Positions 1 through 13,162 of a stretch of DNA of 64,000 bases are shown here, in pieces (positions within the stretch are counted from its first letter, which is position 1; each line of letters starts with the position of its first letter). Under the pieces are notes generated by a model. That model worked only from the letters and a program-made list of their open reading frames with translations, was not told the origin of the DNA and did no database searches. The position numbers were made by a program, and so were the translations under genes. Origin of the DNA: Heterodontus francisci (Eukaryota); assembly GCF_036365525.1 (NCBI RefSeq), contig NC_090384.1, positions 40,631,883 through 40,695,882 on the forward strand, in the 5' to 3' direction.

Positions 1-1123
1 CTCAACACCATCCAAACACATTCAGTATAAATTATAATCAATACACCCAAACCCCACAGAGCTCAACACCATCCAAACACATTCAGTATAAATTATAATC
101 AATACACCCAAATCCCACTGAGCTCAACATCATCCAAACACATTCAGTATAAATTACAAACAACACACCATGATGACCAGGTAAGCAATGTCTAGGGGTC
201 TTTTATTATCTTCACCTGGTCTTATTGTACAGGGTTTAATTTTAAACACACTGTGTTTTGAGCTCCCCTTTTTGTGAATCCATGTTCACAGTTTCCAATT
301 ATCAGGCAAATAACTGAGCACAAACAGGCTTTCTTTAGTTTAATGCAGGAAGATGCAATTTATTAAACCTTGAACTCAAACTTTAATATGGTGCACGCCT
401 ACGGATATACGATGCGCTTACGCTAGCATGCTCACGTGATATAAACATGCATATTGGAATAGAAAACAGCAGAAGAAAAGATAAGCAGAACAGTTTGAGG
501 CAACACCTTGTTACTGTTTCTCAAGCTCGCTGTAGTCCTTGGTTGAAGATATGGTATTGCGATTTATTGGGGCCCAGTAATTTTCTTAAAACTTTGTTCA
601 CTTGGCAAATCCTTCTCTCTTTGAGTTTCACGTTTTTTCAATGGCTTCAGTTCCCTGAGAAAAGTGCAGGCAGGCAGGAGAGGAGATGTTCCTAGTCCAT
701 GAGCACACAGCGTTCTCTACCTGGCAATTCCTTTGTTTGGGAGTTCAAAAACTCTGCAACAGTCAGTCATGTGACCAAAACTGTTCCGACCACTTCTATG
801 TATTGGAGAAGCAGTTGCTGGATCCCCATTGTTTCAACATTGTCTGTTACCATGGAAATGTCTTTCCGGTCAGGGCTTGCAATTTTAAGTTTTAATGTTC
901 ATGTGGCGAAATCATGTGTGCCTCAGTCTTGGCAGGTGGGTGGTTTGCCTGACAACAACCAACCTCCACAGAGCTCAACACCATCTAAACACATTCAGTA
1001 TAAATTATAATCAATACACCCAAACCCACAGAGCTCAACACTATCCAAACACATTCAATATATATTATAATCAATACACCCAACAACACACTGCCCAACA
1101 CCATCCGAACCCATTCAGTATAA
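1..1123. repeat. ~60-bp tandem repeat array, interrupted by a solo LTR at 171-954
   Basis: Unit ccacagagctcaacaccatccaaacacattcagtataaattataatcaatacacccaa repeats at 1-170 and 960-1123. Confidence 0.9.
171..954 (-). mobile_element. Solo LTR, family A
   Basis: TG...CA ends (tgatgaccagg...gcctgaca), non-coding, aligns end to end with 15599-16410; AATAAA on the minus strand. Confidence 0.7.
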
Positions 1124-1135
1124 TGTTTTGTAGTA

Positions 1136-1560
1136 TTTGTTCATGGGATGTGAGCATCACTAGAAAAGCCAGCATTAATTGTCCTTGAGAAGTTGGTGGT
1201 GATCTTCTTCTAGAACCGCTGTAGTCCATGTGGTGTGGTAACACCCACAGTGATGTTAGGGAGGATGTTCCAGGATTTTGACCAAGCAACAGTGAAGGAA
1301 CAGCGACATAGTTCCAAGTCAGGATGGTGTTTGACTTGGAGGGCAACTTGCAGGTGGTGGTGTTCCCATGCGTGTGCTGCCATTGTTCTAGGTAATAGAG
1401 GTCACAGGTTTGGAAGGTGCTGTTGAAGGAGTCTTGGTGACTTCCTGCAGTGCATCTTGTACATGGTACACAGTGCAGCCACTGTGCGCTGCTGGTGGAG
1501 GGAGTGAATGTTTAAGGTGACGGATGGGGTGTGCACTGGTAGTGGAGGGAGTGACTGTTT
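1136..1560 (-). mobile_element. 3' part of a CR1-group LINE (family B), continued at 3510-4165
   Basis: Same tail (catgggatgtg...gaaccgctg) as 44925-46122 and 11265-11600. Confidence 0.75.
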
Positions 1561-1589
1561 AAGGTGATGGAAGGGGTGAATTAGTGTGG

Positions 1590-3484
1590 TGCGCTACAAA
1601 TGTGGTGAATACGGTTGGTGAGCGACAAGCATAAATAGCTGTACGGGAATATGATGAAGTGGCAATAACGGAAACATGGCTTAAAAATTGTGAGGACTGG
1701 GTGCTTAATATAAAAGGATATAAAGTGTTCAGAAAAGATAGGGAAGCAAAAAAGGGAGGTGGGGTGACAGTACTGATGAGGGAAGACATTGTAGTGCTGG
1801 AAAGGGAGGATGTCTTTGAGGGGGCAAGGGCAGAATCGATTTAGTTAGAATTGAGAAGCAAAAAGGGTATGATCACACTACTAGGGGTATTCTATAGGCC
1901 TCCAAATAGTGAGAGAGAGGTAGAGGAGCAAATCTGCAGGGAAATCGTAGATATGATAAGTCACCTGGTCTGGATGGCTTGCATCCTAGGTTGCTAAAGG
2001 AAGTGGGGGTGGAGCTGGTGGAAGGGCTTGTCATAATCTTCCAAACTTCCCTGGATGTGGGGGAGAGCCAGAGGATTGGAGAATGGAAAATGTGACATCC
2101 TTATTCAAGAAAGGGTGTAAAGACAGTCCTAGCAACTACAGGCCAGTTAGTTTAATATCAGTGGTGGGTAAGGTTTTAGAAACAATAATCAGGGAAAATA
2201 TCAACAGACGCTTGGAGAGGTTCGAGTTAATTAAGGATAGCAAGCACAGATTTGTAAAAGGGAGATCATGCTTAACTAATTGCATTTTTTGATGAAGTAA
2301 CAGGGAAGGTTGATGAAGGGAATGCAGTGGATGTTGCTTACATAAGGTTACCACATAAAAGGCTGGTTAACAAAATTGAGGCTCATGGACTAGGAGGGTC
2401 AGTGTCCAATTTGATTTTTAAAAATGGCTTAAGGACAGAAAACAGCGAGTCATGGTAAATGGTTCTTTTTCAGACTGGAGGATGGTAGACAGTGGTGTTC
2501 ACCAAAGGTCAGTGCTAGGACTACTGCTTTTTTTTTTGCTATATATAAATGACTTGGATCTTGGAATACAGAGTAAAATCTCAAAATTTGCCGATGACAC
2601 CAAACCTGGAGGTGCGGCAAACAATGAGGATGATATGAACTGCCTGCAACAGGACATAGATAGGCTAGCAGAATGAGCAGACAAGTAGCAGATGGAATTT
2701 AATACTGACGAGTGTGAGGTGATGCATTTTGGCAGAAGGAATAGGGAGAAGTAATATGTGCTTAATGTCACATTTCTAAAGAGTGCGCAAGAAGAGGGAC
2801 ATGGGTGTGCATGTGCATAGATCTTTGAAGGTGGCAGGACATATTGAGAGAGTGGTTATAAAGTATGTGGAATCTTGGGCTTCATAAATAGAGGCATTGA
2901 GTACAAAATCAGGGAAGTTATGCTGAACCTTTATAAAACTCTGGTTAGGCCCAAACTGGAGTATTGTGTCCTATTCTGGTCACCACACTTTAAGAAGGAT
3001 GTGAGGGTCCTTGAGGGTGCAGAAGAGATTGACCAGAATGGTTCCAGGGTAGGTGGATATTAGTTAGGTTAGGCTGGAGAAGCTGGGGTTGTTCTTCTTA
3101 GAGCAAAGGAGATTGAGGGGAGATTTAATAGAGGTGTACAAGATTATGACAGGCTTAGATATGTTATACAAGGAAAAACTGTTCCCATTAACAAATGGTA
3201 CAAAGACTGAGGGACACAGATCAAAGGTTTTGGGCAAGAGATGCAGGGGGTATGTGAGGAAGAACTTTTTACGCAGCAGATGGTAATGATCTGGAACTCG
3301 CTGCCCACAAGGGTGGTGGAAACAGAGACAATCAATGATTTCAAAAGGAAATTGGATGGCCACTTGAAGGAAATATACTTGCAGGGCAACGGGTATTGAG
3401 CGAGGGAGTGGGACTGACTGGATTGCTACGTGGAGAGCCAGGATGGGCTGAATGGCCTCCATCCATACCATAAATGACTCTATG
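1590..3484 (+). mobile_element. Decayed CR1 LINE ORF2 (endonuclease + RT) with internal deletion
   Basis: Broken frames AITETWL, NYRPVSL, KFADDTK, LVRPKLEYC, RRLRGDLIEVYK; CR1 tail ending tgactctatg. Confidence 0.9.
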
Positions 3485-3509
3485 GGATGCCAATTAAGTG
3501 AGCTGCTCT

Positions 3510-4165
3510 GTCCCAAATGGTGTCGAGCTTCTTGAGTATTATTGGAGCTGCACTCATCCAGGCAAATGGATAGTATTCCAGCACATTCCTGGCTTGTGCC
3601 TTGTAGATGATGACAAGTTTTGGGGAGTCAGCAGGTGAGTTTCTTGCAGCAAAATTCCCAGCCTCTGAGCTGCTGTTGTAGCCACAGTATTTATATGGCT
3701 GGTTCAGTTAAGTTTCTGGTCAATGGTAACCCCGAGGATGTTGATGGTGGGGGATTCAGTGATGGTAATACCATTGAACATCAAGGGTAGATGGTTAGAT
3801 TCTCTCTTGTTGGAGATGATCATTGCCTGGCACTTGTGTGCCAATTATCAGCCCAAGCTTGAATTTTATCCAGGTCTTGCTGCATGCAGGCATGGTCTCC
3901 TTCAGTATTTGAGCAGTTGCAAATAAAACTGAACAGTGTGCAAGTATCAGCGAACATCCCCACTTCTGACTTATGATGTAGGGAAAGTCATTGATGAAGC
4001 AGCTGGACTGAGGACACTACCCTGAGGAACTCCAGCAGTGATATCCTGGGCTGAAATGATTGGCCTCCAACAACCACAACTATCTTCCTTTGCGCTAGGT
4101 ATGTCTCCAGCCAGTGGAGAGTTTTCTCCATGATTCCCATTGACTTCAGTTTTTCTAGGTCTCAT
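3510..4165 (-). mobile_element. CR1-group LINE (family B) RT fragment
   Basis: ITAGVPQGSVL on the minus strand; homologous to 45350-46030. Confidence 0.8.
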
Positions 4166-4460
4166 AAATTACAGTTAATACATCCAATCCTGCAAAGCCC
4201 AACACCATTGAAACACATTCAGTATAAATCACAGTCAATTTACCCAACCCCACAGTCTGCATCATCTATGGACATTGTTAAATTCTAACCAACACACTCA
4301 GCCCCGCACAACCCAAAACCATCCAAACACATTCAATATAAATTGTAGTAAATAATACATCGACCCCTGCACAGCACAGCACCATTCAAACATATTCAGT
4401 ATAAGGTACAACCAATATACCCATCACCACACAGCCCAACTATCCAAACACATTCAAAGC
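4166..4460. repeat. Degenerate continuation of the ~60-bp tandem array
   Basis: Recurring ccatccaaacacattcagtataaa motifs. Confidence 0.75.
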
Positions 4461-4469
4461 AGTATACTA

Positions 4470-6220
4470 TAGACAGCTAAGTAATCCCACAATCAATGGA
4501 TCAGATCAAAGCTCTGTGGTCCTGCCACATCCAGTTGTGAATGGTGGTGGTCAATTAAACAAGTAAGAGAAAAAGGAGACTCCATGAACATTCCCATCCT
4601 CAATGATGATGGAGCCCAGCGTGTGAGTGCAAAAGAGACTGCTGAAGTGTTTGCAATTGCCTTCAGCCAGAAGTGCTGAGTGGATGATCCATCTCGGCCT
4701 CCTCCTAAATCCCAATCATCACAGATGCCAGTTTTCAGCCAATTCTCTTCACGCCACCTGATATCAAGAAACGGCTGAGAACTCTACGGGTCCCGACAAC
4801 ATCCCGGCTGTAATGCTGAAGAACTAGCCGTGCTTCCAGCCATGCTGTTCCAGTACAGCTACAATACTGACATGTACCTAACAATGTGGAAAATTGCCCA
4901 GATATGTCCTGTCCACAAAAAGCAGGACAAACCCCATCAGTCTACTCTTAATAATTCGCAAAGTAATGGAAGGTGTTATTAAGCGGCACTTACTCACCGA
5001 TAGCCTGCTCACTGATGCTCAGTTTGGGTTCCACCAGGAGCACACAGCTCCAGACCTCATTACAGCTTTGGTCCAAACATGGACAAAAGAATTGAATTCC
5101 AGAGGTCAGGTGAGAGTGACTGCGCCTGACATCAAGGCAGCATTTGATTGAGTGTGGCATCAAGGAGTCCTAGAAAAGGAAAGTCAATGGGAAATGGGGG
5201 AAAACTCTCTGCTGGCTGGAATCATACCTAGCACAAAGGAAGATGGTTGTGATATCCTGTCCTCAAAGATGCAGGACAAATCCAATCTGCCAATTACTGC
5301 CCATTAACCTAATCTCAATTATGAGCAAAGTGATGGAAGGTGTCATCAACAGTGCTATCAAGCAGTACATACTCAACAATAACAATTGCTGGAGTCATAC
5401 CTCGCATAAAAGAAGATAGTTTTGGTTGCTGGAGGCCAGTCATCTCAGTTCCATGGCATCAATGCTAGAGTTCTTCAGGGCAGTGTCCTCAGTCTAACCA
5501 TTTTCAGCTGCTTCATCAGTGACCTTCTGTCCATTATATGATGAGAAATGGGGATGTTAGCTGATAATTGTGCAGTTCCATTCACAACTGCATAGATAAT
5601 GAAGCAGTCCATGCCCGCATGAAGCAAGGCCTGGACAACTTTCAGTTTGGGCTGATAAGTGGCAAGTCACATTCGCACCACACAGGTGCCAGGCAATAAC
5701 CATCTCCAACAAGAGAGAGTAAAACCACTTCCCCTTGACATTCAACAGCCTTACCATCACTGAATCCGTCACCATCAATATCCTGGGGGGAGTGGGGCTG
5801 GGGTCATCATTAACCAGAAACTTAACTGGAGCAGCCAGATAAATACTGTGGCTACAAGAGCAGGTCAGAAGCTTGGTATTCTGTGGTAAGTGACTCACCT
5901 TCTAACTTCCCAAAGCCTTTCCACTATCTGCAAGATACAAGTCAGGAGTGCAATGGAAGTGTCTCCACTTGGCTGGATGAGTGCAGTTCCAACGACACTC
6001 CAGAAGATTGACACCATCCAAGACAAAGCAATCCTTTTGATTGGCACCCCGTCTACCACGTTAAACATTCACTTCCTCCACTACCAGCATACAGTAGCTG
6101 CGGTGTGTACCATCTACAAGATGCATTGCTGCAGCTCGCCAAGGATTCTTCACCAGCACCTTCCAAACCTGTGATCTCTACCACATGGAAGGACAAAGGC
6201 AACAAATGCACGGGAACACC
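4470..6220 (+). mobile_element. CR1-group LINE (family B) ORF2 remnant with internal duplication
   Basis: DAQFGFHQEHTAPDLITALVQTWTKELN, DIKAAFD, KIDTIQDKA; the aaagtaatggaaggtgt segment recurs near 4960 and 5328. Confidence 0.85.
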
Positions 6221-6350
6221 ACCAATGCTGTTTGGTAGGGAGTTCCAGGATTTTAACCCAGCAATGATAAAGAAATGGCAATATGTTTCCAAGTCAGGAC
6301 GGTGTGTGACTTTGATGGAAACTTGCTGCAGGTGGTGTTTTCATGTGCCT

Positions 6351-6706
6351 GCACAGTGGTGCAGTGGTTAGCACCGCAGCCTCACAGCTCCAGCGACCCG
6401 GGTTCAATTCTGGGTACTGCCTGTGTGGAGTTTGCAAGTTCTCCCTGTGTCTGCGTGGGATTCCTCCGGGTGCTCCGGTTTCCTCCCACATGCCAAAGAC
6501 TTGCAGGGTTGATAGGTAAATTGGCCATTATAAATTGCCCCTAGTATAGGTAGGTGGTAGGGAAATATAGGGACAGGTGTGGATGTGGTAGGAATATGGG
6601 ATTAGTGTAGGATTAGTATAAATGGGTGGTTGATGGTCGGCACAGACTCGGTGGGCCGAAGGGCCTGTTTCAGTGCTGTATCTCTAAACTAAACTAAACT
6701 AAACTA
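6351..6706 (+). mobile_element. tRNA-derived V-SINE (HE1-like)
   Basis: A/B-box-like head (tggtgcagtgg, ggttcaattc), V-domain gtgtggagtttgca...ggtttcctccca, CR1-like tail ending (taaac)n. Confidence 0.9.
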
Positions 6707-7129
6707 ATCAGCATTTGGTGGGATGGGAATTAGCCTGCTGCTGCATGGGTTTAAAGGCCTGCAGCATTTTAAAAGGAGCTACAACACAACGTTTACTTCT
6801 TTCGAGAATGCCAACAAGATCTGCAACAGAGTCCAGAAATATAGCCTGAATGGTGTTGTGCCATGGTGGTGGTCTGCCCGAGGGCAGGTCCTCTGCTCTT
6901 TTTCTTCCACCAGCAGAGATGAGCATGACTAGGGAAGAGGGTATATAAGGTAGTTTCCTGTTGCTTTCCTCAGACTGGAACTGTACTTGAACCCGTACTG
7001 TTGATATTGTTCTGAACCACATGCTAGTTATCTAGCCAACTGAACTTTTTGGTACCCCTCCCCGCCCCACCAGCCTGAGAGGTAAAAGTTTAAAATGAGT
7101 AGGAGCTAAGAGACCTGGGAGCAGGATAC

Positions 7130-8985
7130 AACAACATCTTATTTATATATAGCTCCTGTACCATAATAAAACGTCCCAAGGCTCCTTATAGGACCATTAT
7201 GAAACAAAGTATGACACCAAGCCACAAAAGGAGATATTAGGTCAGATGACCAAAAGCTTGGTCAAAGAGGTAGGTTTTAAGGAGGAAAGCGAGGTGGAGA
7301 GGTGTAGGGACAGCATTCCAGAGCTTAAGGCCTAGGCACCTGAAGGTGTGCTCACCAATGGTGGAATGATTAAAATCAGGGAGCAGAAGAGGCCAGAATT
7401 AGAGGAGTGCAGATATCTTGGAAGGTTGTGGGGCTGGAGGAGATTACAGAGGCAGGGTGGGGCAAGGCTCTGGAGGAATTTGAAAACAAGGATGAGAATT
7501 TTAAAGTCAAGACGTTGCTTGACCAGGAGCCAATGTAGGTCAGCGAGCACAGGGGTGATGGGAGAATGTGACTTTGTGTAAGTTAAGACACAGGCAACAA
7601 AGTTTTGGATGATCTCAAGTTTACGGAGAGTAGACTGCGGGAGACCAGACAGGAGTGTGTTGGAATAGTTTAGAGGTAACATAGTCATGAATGAGGATTT
7701 CAGCAGCAGATGAGCTAAGACGGAGTGAAGTCGGGCAATGTTACGGAGGTGGAATAACATGAATATGAGGTTGGAAGCTCATCTCAGGGTTAAATGTGAC
7801 ACCATGGTTGCGAACAGACTGGCTTAATCTCAGACTGTTGCCAGGGTGAGGGATGGAGTCGGTAGCTAGGGAACAGAGTTTGTGATATACATAAATGATT
7901 TGGAGGAAAGTATAGGTGGTCTGATTAGCAAGTTTGCAGACGACACTAAGATTGGTGGAGTAGCAGATAGTGAAGGGGACTGTCAGAGAATACAGCAGAA
8001 TATAGATAGATTGGAGAGTTGGGCAGAGAAATGGCAGATGGAGTTCAATCAGGGCAAATGCGAGGTGATGCATTTTGGAAGATCCAATTCAAGAGTGAAC
8101 TATACAGTAAATGGAAAAGTCCTGGGGAAAATTGATGTCCAGAGAGATTTGGGTGTTCAGGTCCATTGTTCCCTGAAGGTGGCAACGCAGGTCAATAGAG
8201 TGGTCAAGAACGCATACGGCATGCTTTCCTTCATCGGACGGGGTATTGAGTACAAGGGTTGGCAGGTCATGTTACAGTTGTATAAGACTTTAGTTCGGCC
8301 ACATCTGGAATACTGCGTGCAGTTCTGGTCACCACATTACCAAAAGGATGTAGATGCTTTGGAGAGGGTGCAGAGGAGGTTCACCAGGATGTTGACTGGT
8401 ATGGAGGGCGCTAGCTATGAAGAGAGGTTGAGCAGATTAGGATTATTTTCATTAGAAAGACGGAGGTTGAGGGGGGACCTGATTGAGGTGGACAAAATCA
8501 TGAGAGGTATAGACAGGGTGGATAGCAAGAAGCTTTTTCCCAGAGTGGGGGATTCAATTACTAGGGGTCACGAGTTCAAAGTGAGAGGGGAAAAGTTTAG
8601 GGGGGATATGCGTGGAAAGTTCTTTACGCAGAGGGTGGTGGGTGCCTGGAACGCCTTGCCAGCGGAGGTGGTAGACGCGGGCACGATAGCGTCTTTTAAG
8701 ATGTATCTAGACAGATACATGAATGGGCAGGAAGCAAAGAGATACAGACCCTTAGAAAATAGGCGACATGTTTAGATAGAGGATCTGGATCGGCGCAGGC
8801 TTGGAGGGCCGAAGGGCCTGTTCCTGTGCTGTAATTTTCTTTGTTCTTTGTTCTTTGTAGTCGGGACCGAAAGCAATGGCTTCAGTCTTCCTAATATTTA
8901 ATTGAAGGAAATTTCTTCTCATCCAGTACTGGATGTTGGATAAGCAGTCTGATAATTTAGCAACAGTGGAGGAGTCAAGAGAATC
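7130..8985 (-). mobile_element. L2 LINE 3' fragment, split by a CR1 at 7882-8858
   Basis: HLRNIARL...PITPVLADLHWLLVKQRLDFKIL is the typical L2 ORF2 C-terminus; the sequence resumes after 8858. Confidence 0.8.
7882..8858 (+). mobile_element. Young 5'-truncated CR1 LINE (family C)
   Basis: Uninterrupted 297-aa RT C-terminus (YINDL, KFADDTK, RPHLEYC) and (ttctttg)n tail; nearly identical to 56458-57430. Confidence 0.95.
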
Positions 8986-8999
8986 TTTAAAAGCAGGAA

Positions 9000-9600
9000 G
9001 ACAATTTGATCAATCTATTTTAAAAAGCAGAAGAGTAGATTTTATAAAATAGGGGCTTAGTCTATAGAAACAAAGTGTAATGCTAAACCTCATACAAATC
9101 ATTAGTTAAACCAAATATTGTGTCCAGTTTTGGGCATTTTATTTTAGCAAATAATGTCAAACCATGGGGAGAGTGCAGAAGAGATTCACTACAATGATAC
9201 CAAAGATGAGGGACTTAAGTTGTGGAGAGATATTGGAGAAAGAACAAATAAGATTAGGAGACCAAATGATTGTGGTGTTCAAAATTCTGAAGCATTTTAA
9301 TGAAATAAATTGGAAAAAACAAATTCTACTGATCAGTGAGTAAATAACTGAGGCAGAAATCTACGAAGAATTAGGTTGGGGAATTTTTTTATACAGAGGT
9401 TTGTTAGCACATGAAATGCACTTCGGAAAACAATGTTGGAAGCAGAATCCATCTTTTAAAAGGAAAGTGGATATATGTTTAAAATGGGAAAAAAATAAGG
9501 GGAGGGGCAGGAAAGTGGGACTCAGTGGATATCTCTTTCAGAGAGTGAATACTGATATGATGGGCCAATGGCCTCCATCTGTGTCATACAATTGTATAAT
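9000..9600 (+). mobile_element. Old CR1 3' fragment
   Basis: Decayed matches to the CR1 ORF2 end and tail (gatgggccaatggcctccatctgtgtc). Confidence 0.65.
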
Positions 9601-9842
9601 TCTAAATCTGCCAGTGGAGAGAAATATTATTCAGCACAGAGAAATGGAGCCATTAGATCATCAGCACATCATCAGTGGCAGAAGCTGACTGGGTCTGTGA
9701 GTGCCAAATATAAATACTGATGCATGGCAACCTAATGTCAGAACAAGTTTTATAACCTTGTTCTGTTCCACCTGGTCCTGGAATGAAATTTAAAAAAAAA
9801 CCTGTTTGGGCCTCTTCTGGCCATGGCTCCTCTTCCCACTGT

Positions 9843-10800
9843 AAATATATTCGTATGGCTGGGGAACTAATTATAGTTCGATTTTGAGGTTAACAAGCCA
9901 TTCAACGGCTTCAGCTGATACAGTGTGAATGGTTGTGATGCCACCAGGAATGGATCTCTCAGGGCAAGAGTTTAACATGTGAGCAATGGTCTAACTTGGA
10001 TGGCCACAGTTTGAGCTGGTCCTCGTGTTCTACTTGTGGAGCAAGTAGCCACATCTTCCCTGGCCCATCCTCAAGCGGTTGAGGGTTGTCCAGATTTTCA
10101 ATGGGAGGTTAAAACTGGGATTTCACCACTCGGATCAGTTACCAGGTTGCAGTTGTTGTTGTTAGCAGTCAATTAAGAGGTGTGCCATCGAGTGGTGGGG
10201 CAGTTGTTGGTTTGTCGGGTGTGGAGTGTGTTCCCATAAGAGCTGCAAGATTTCAGGTGAGTACATGAGTTATTTTTTGAGGTCCTGTATCAATGAGAAT
10301 GCTTCGTTAGCTGTCAGCCAGTGGTGTCCTTTGAGGAGAATATTTTCCCTGTGGACATCAGGTGGATCAATGTGTGCTAGCACAGGAAGCCACTCGAGCT
10401 GTGTTGGTCTCAACATTCCAGAAATAATCCTCATGATTTCCCAGAGCTGGATATCTACTGTGTTTGTGTGGCAGCTCCTGAGCCAGGTTGAGCAGCAGTA
10501 CTCTGCTGTTGGGTAGACCAGGGCGAGTGAAGCAGTGCGTTGTATGTTGGCTTTGCTGCCCCAGGTGGTACCTGCCAGTTTCCTTATGAGATTCAGTCTC
10601 GTCTTGACCTTGGCTCTAGTGTTTTGGAGGTGTTGCTGGTAGGTCAATGTATTGTCAAAAGTGATGTCAAGGTGTTTTGATGTTGGGTCATGGGTGAGTG
10701 GTTGGCCGTAGAACAGATCTGTGGGGGAGGCAGCAACCTTCATGTCATCACCTGTTAAAATAGTTTTCCAACTTGGAAACCTGCAAACTAATGCTTCCAA
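9843..10800 (-). mobile_element. I-group (Ingi/Vingi-like) LINE 3' fragment
   Basis: HLDITFDNTLTYQQHLQNTRAKVKTRLNLIRKLAGTTWGS...ALVYPTAEYC, an RT thumb motif of I-group elements. Confidence 0.7.
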
Positions 10801-11264
10801 GAGGGTGCTTGAACTCTAGTAACCGTCTCCCAGTGCAAGCAGTAAAACACCACTGGAAAATGGATTATTTTCCTGGTGTGAAAGCCACAGTGGCCTCCCA
10901 GCTCAGGCCACCCAAAAAAATTGCGGCTTGGTCCAATGATGACTTTGGACAGATGACCTGCTCAGTAGATCAGGTTAAAATTCAAAACAGTTTTCTGGCA
11001 ATTAAGTAACCTTAGTGATTTTAATTGCCCACCCACCTGCTTTCCACTCATCATTGATGCTGCTTTCAAAAAAAGAATGCTTGCCGAAGGTATACAGTCT
11101 GTGCAGGACTGGAGACCATGTCAGATAGTGTGCTGCAGATGGTGAAGCAAATGAGGAGTGTACTTCTCTGCATTTGCAGTACCTTCATGGATATGGCAGC
11201 TCCAAGCAGATCTGCAGTGAATGCCCTAACACAGAGAATCTAAGCACAGGCAGCGATTTTTAAA

Positions 11265-11600
11265 ATTAATTCTTGGGATAATGGGTGTTGCTGGAAAGGC
11301 AAATATTTATTGCCCATGCCTCATTGTTCTTGAGAAGTAAGACTTATCTTCTTCTTGAACCGCTGCATTCCATCAAGTGATGGTACTCACACAATGCTGT
11401 TATGTAGAGAGTTCCCGAATTTTGTCCCATCAGCAATGAAGCAAAGCAACATGTGTGCAAGTTGGGATGGTGTGGGACCTGGAGGTGATGGTGTTCGCAT
11501 GCACCTACTTCCCTTATCCTTCTAGGTGGGGGAGGTTGCGGATTTGGAAGGTGCTGTTTGGAGAGTTGCTGCATGAGCGGGGAGGCCACTGTGGCGTTCA
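11265..11600 (-). mobile_element. CR1-group LINE (family B) 3' tail
   Basis: Homologous to 1136-1500 and 44925-45280. Confidence 0.65.
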
Positions 11601-11639
11601 CACCAGCAAAAGCATCCATTTCCCTGTGGTGTTTTACTG

Positions 11640-12130
11640 CTTGGACTGGGAGCCCGGTTACTGGAGTTCAGACGCAATCTGGACAACCCTCAACTGCTTG
11701 AGGATGGGCCAGGGAAGATGTGGCTACTTGCTCCACAAGTGGCGGCACAGTGGCGCAGTGTTTAGCACCGCAGCCTCACAGCTCCAGCGACCCGGGTTCA
11801 GTTCTGGGTACTGCCTGTGCGGAGTTTGCAAGTTCTCCCTGTGACCGCGTGGGTTTCCACTGGGTGCTCCGGTTTCCTCCCACAGCCAAAGACTTGCAGG
11901 TTGATAGGTAAATTGGCCATTGTAAATTGTCCCTAGTGTAGGTAGGAGAATGATGGGGGTGTGGTAGGGAACATGGGATTAATGTAGGATTAGTATAAAT
12001 GGGTGGTTGTTGGGCGGCACAGACTCGGTGGGCCGAACGACCTGTTTCAGTGCTGTATCTCAAAATAAAAGTAAAATAAAAAAGTAGAACATGAGGACCA
12101 GCTCAATCTGTGTCATCCACAGATGGTCAA
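11640..12130 (+). mobile_element. Second Ingi/Vingi-like fragment, split by a V-SINE
   Basis: 11676-11740 plus 12084-12118 is the reverse complement of about 9998-10097. Confidence 0.7.
11741..12083 (+). mobile_element. V-SINE (HE1-like), full length
   Basis: Same head, V-domain and tail as 6351-6706; A-rich end. Confidence 0.9.
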
Positions 12131-13162
12131 AACTGTTGCTTTACAAACCAGGGTCACCAGATTGCAGAAGGCTATGTCTTCTGGCATTTAAATGATTGGG
12201 GCTAGGATATAGAGAAGTATCTCAAAGGGCTTCACTGAGCTCATTGCTACCATTAACTCTGCTTTCCTGCAGGTCGATGGCCATAAGGAGCCAATGCCCA
12301 GCATAGCAGGAATTGGTATAGTTGACTACTGTTTCTCAGAATTGCAGCATTGATCATCTCCTCATGTACACATGGCCGAAAGGACCCAGGAACAGGCTGC
12401 CCTTGCAAAAGCACATATGGTGGAGATTGCAGCAGGTTTATCTTACAGCTAAACAGATTTGAAACAAGGACACTTCAGTCCCAAGAAGCCACACATATGA
12501 ATACATCAGCCAGCCACTTCCCAGTCTCTGGCCACTGAGCTGGCACATGGTAGTACTGGATTAGGTTTAAGACCTCCCTCATCACAAATTTGCAACAAGG
12601 AGAAGCACTGTGGGAAGAAGCATTAAGCACATACACTGCCTAAATTTTCAGTAAAATTGCAGTTGCACAAAAGTGGCTGTGGATGTAAACATTGTTTTTG
12701 GCAACGTTTGGAACTGGCTGTGAAGTAGTATGAATTGGGAGCTGTGTGAATTGGTATGCAGAGAAAGGTCCATCACTGAGGGTAGTTTTGTAGTTGGAAG
12801 CCTGTTTGTGCAATGGCCATATGTGGTAGTCAAGAGAATACCTCCTAACTAAGAGAAACAATGGAATGTCTAACTGGGGTTTTCCTCACATCATGTCTGG
12901 TTCTTTTGTAGACTAATTGATAGAGATTGATTACTAAAATTAGTTAGCAACTCCATTGTTGTTGTATCATGCGACTATCAGGATAATAGAAGGTGATCTA
13001 CGTGGACCTTTGACTTTTTTCATCAGCAATTCCTATGTTCCTATCTACTGGCACAAGGGAACATATGATGTTAAGTACCAGGAAAACACACAGTATGCAT
13101 TTTCATTAAAATAATGGTTGTACAAGATACTTGCAGACATCGTTCTTGGCAAGGACTGGAAG

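Noticed and set aside
1-1123. CRISPR-like array
   Set aside because: Units are contiguous tandem copies with no unique spacers, in a vertebrate context with no cas genes.
6351-6425. tRNA genes at SINE heads
   Set aside because: The A/B boxes run straight into the V-domain and LINE tail, so these are SINEs.
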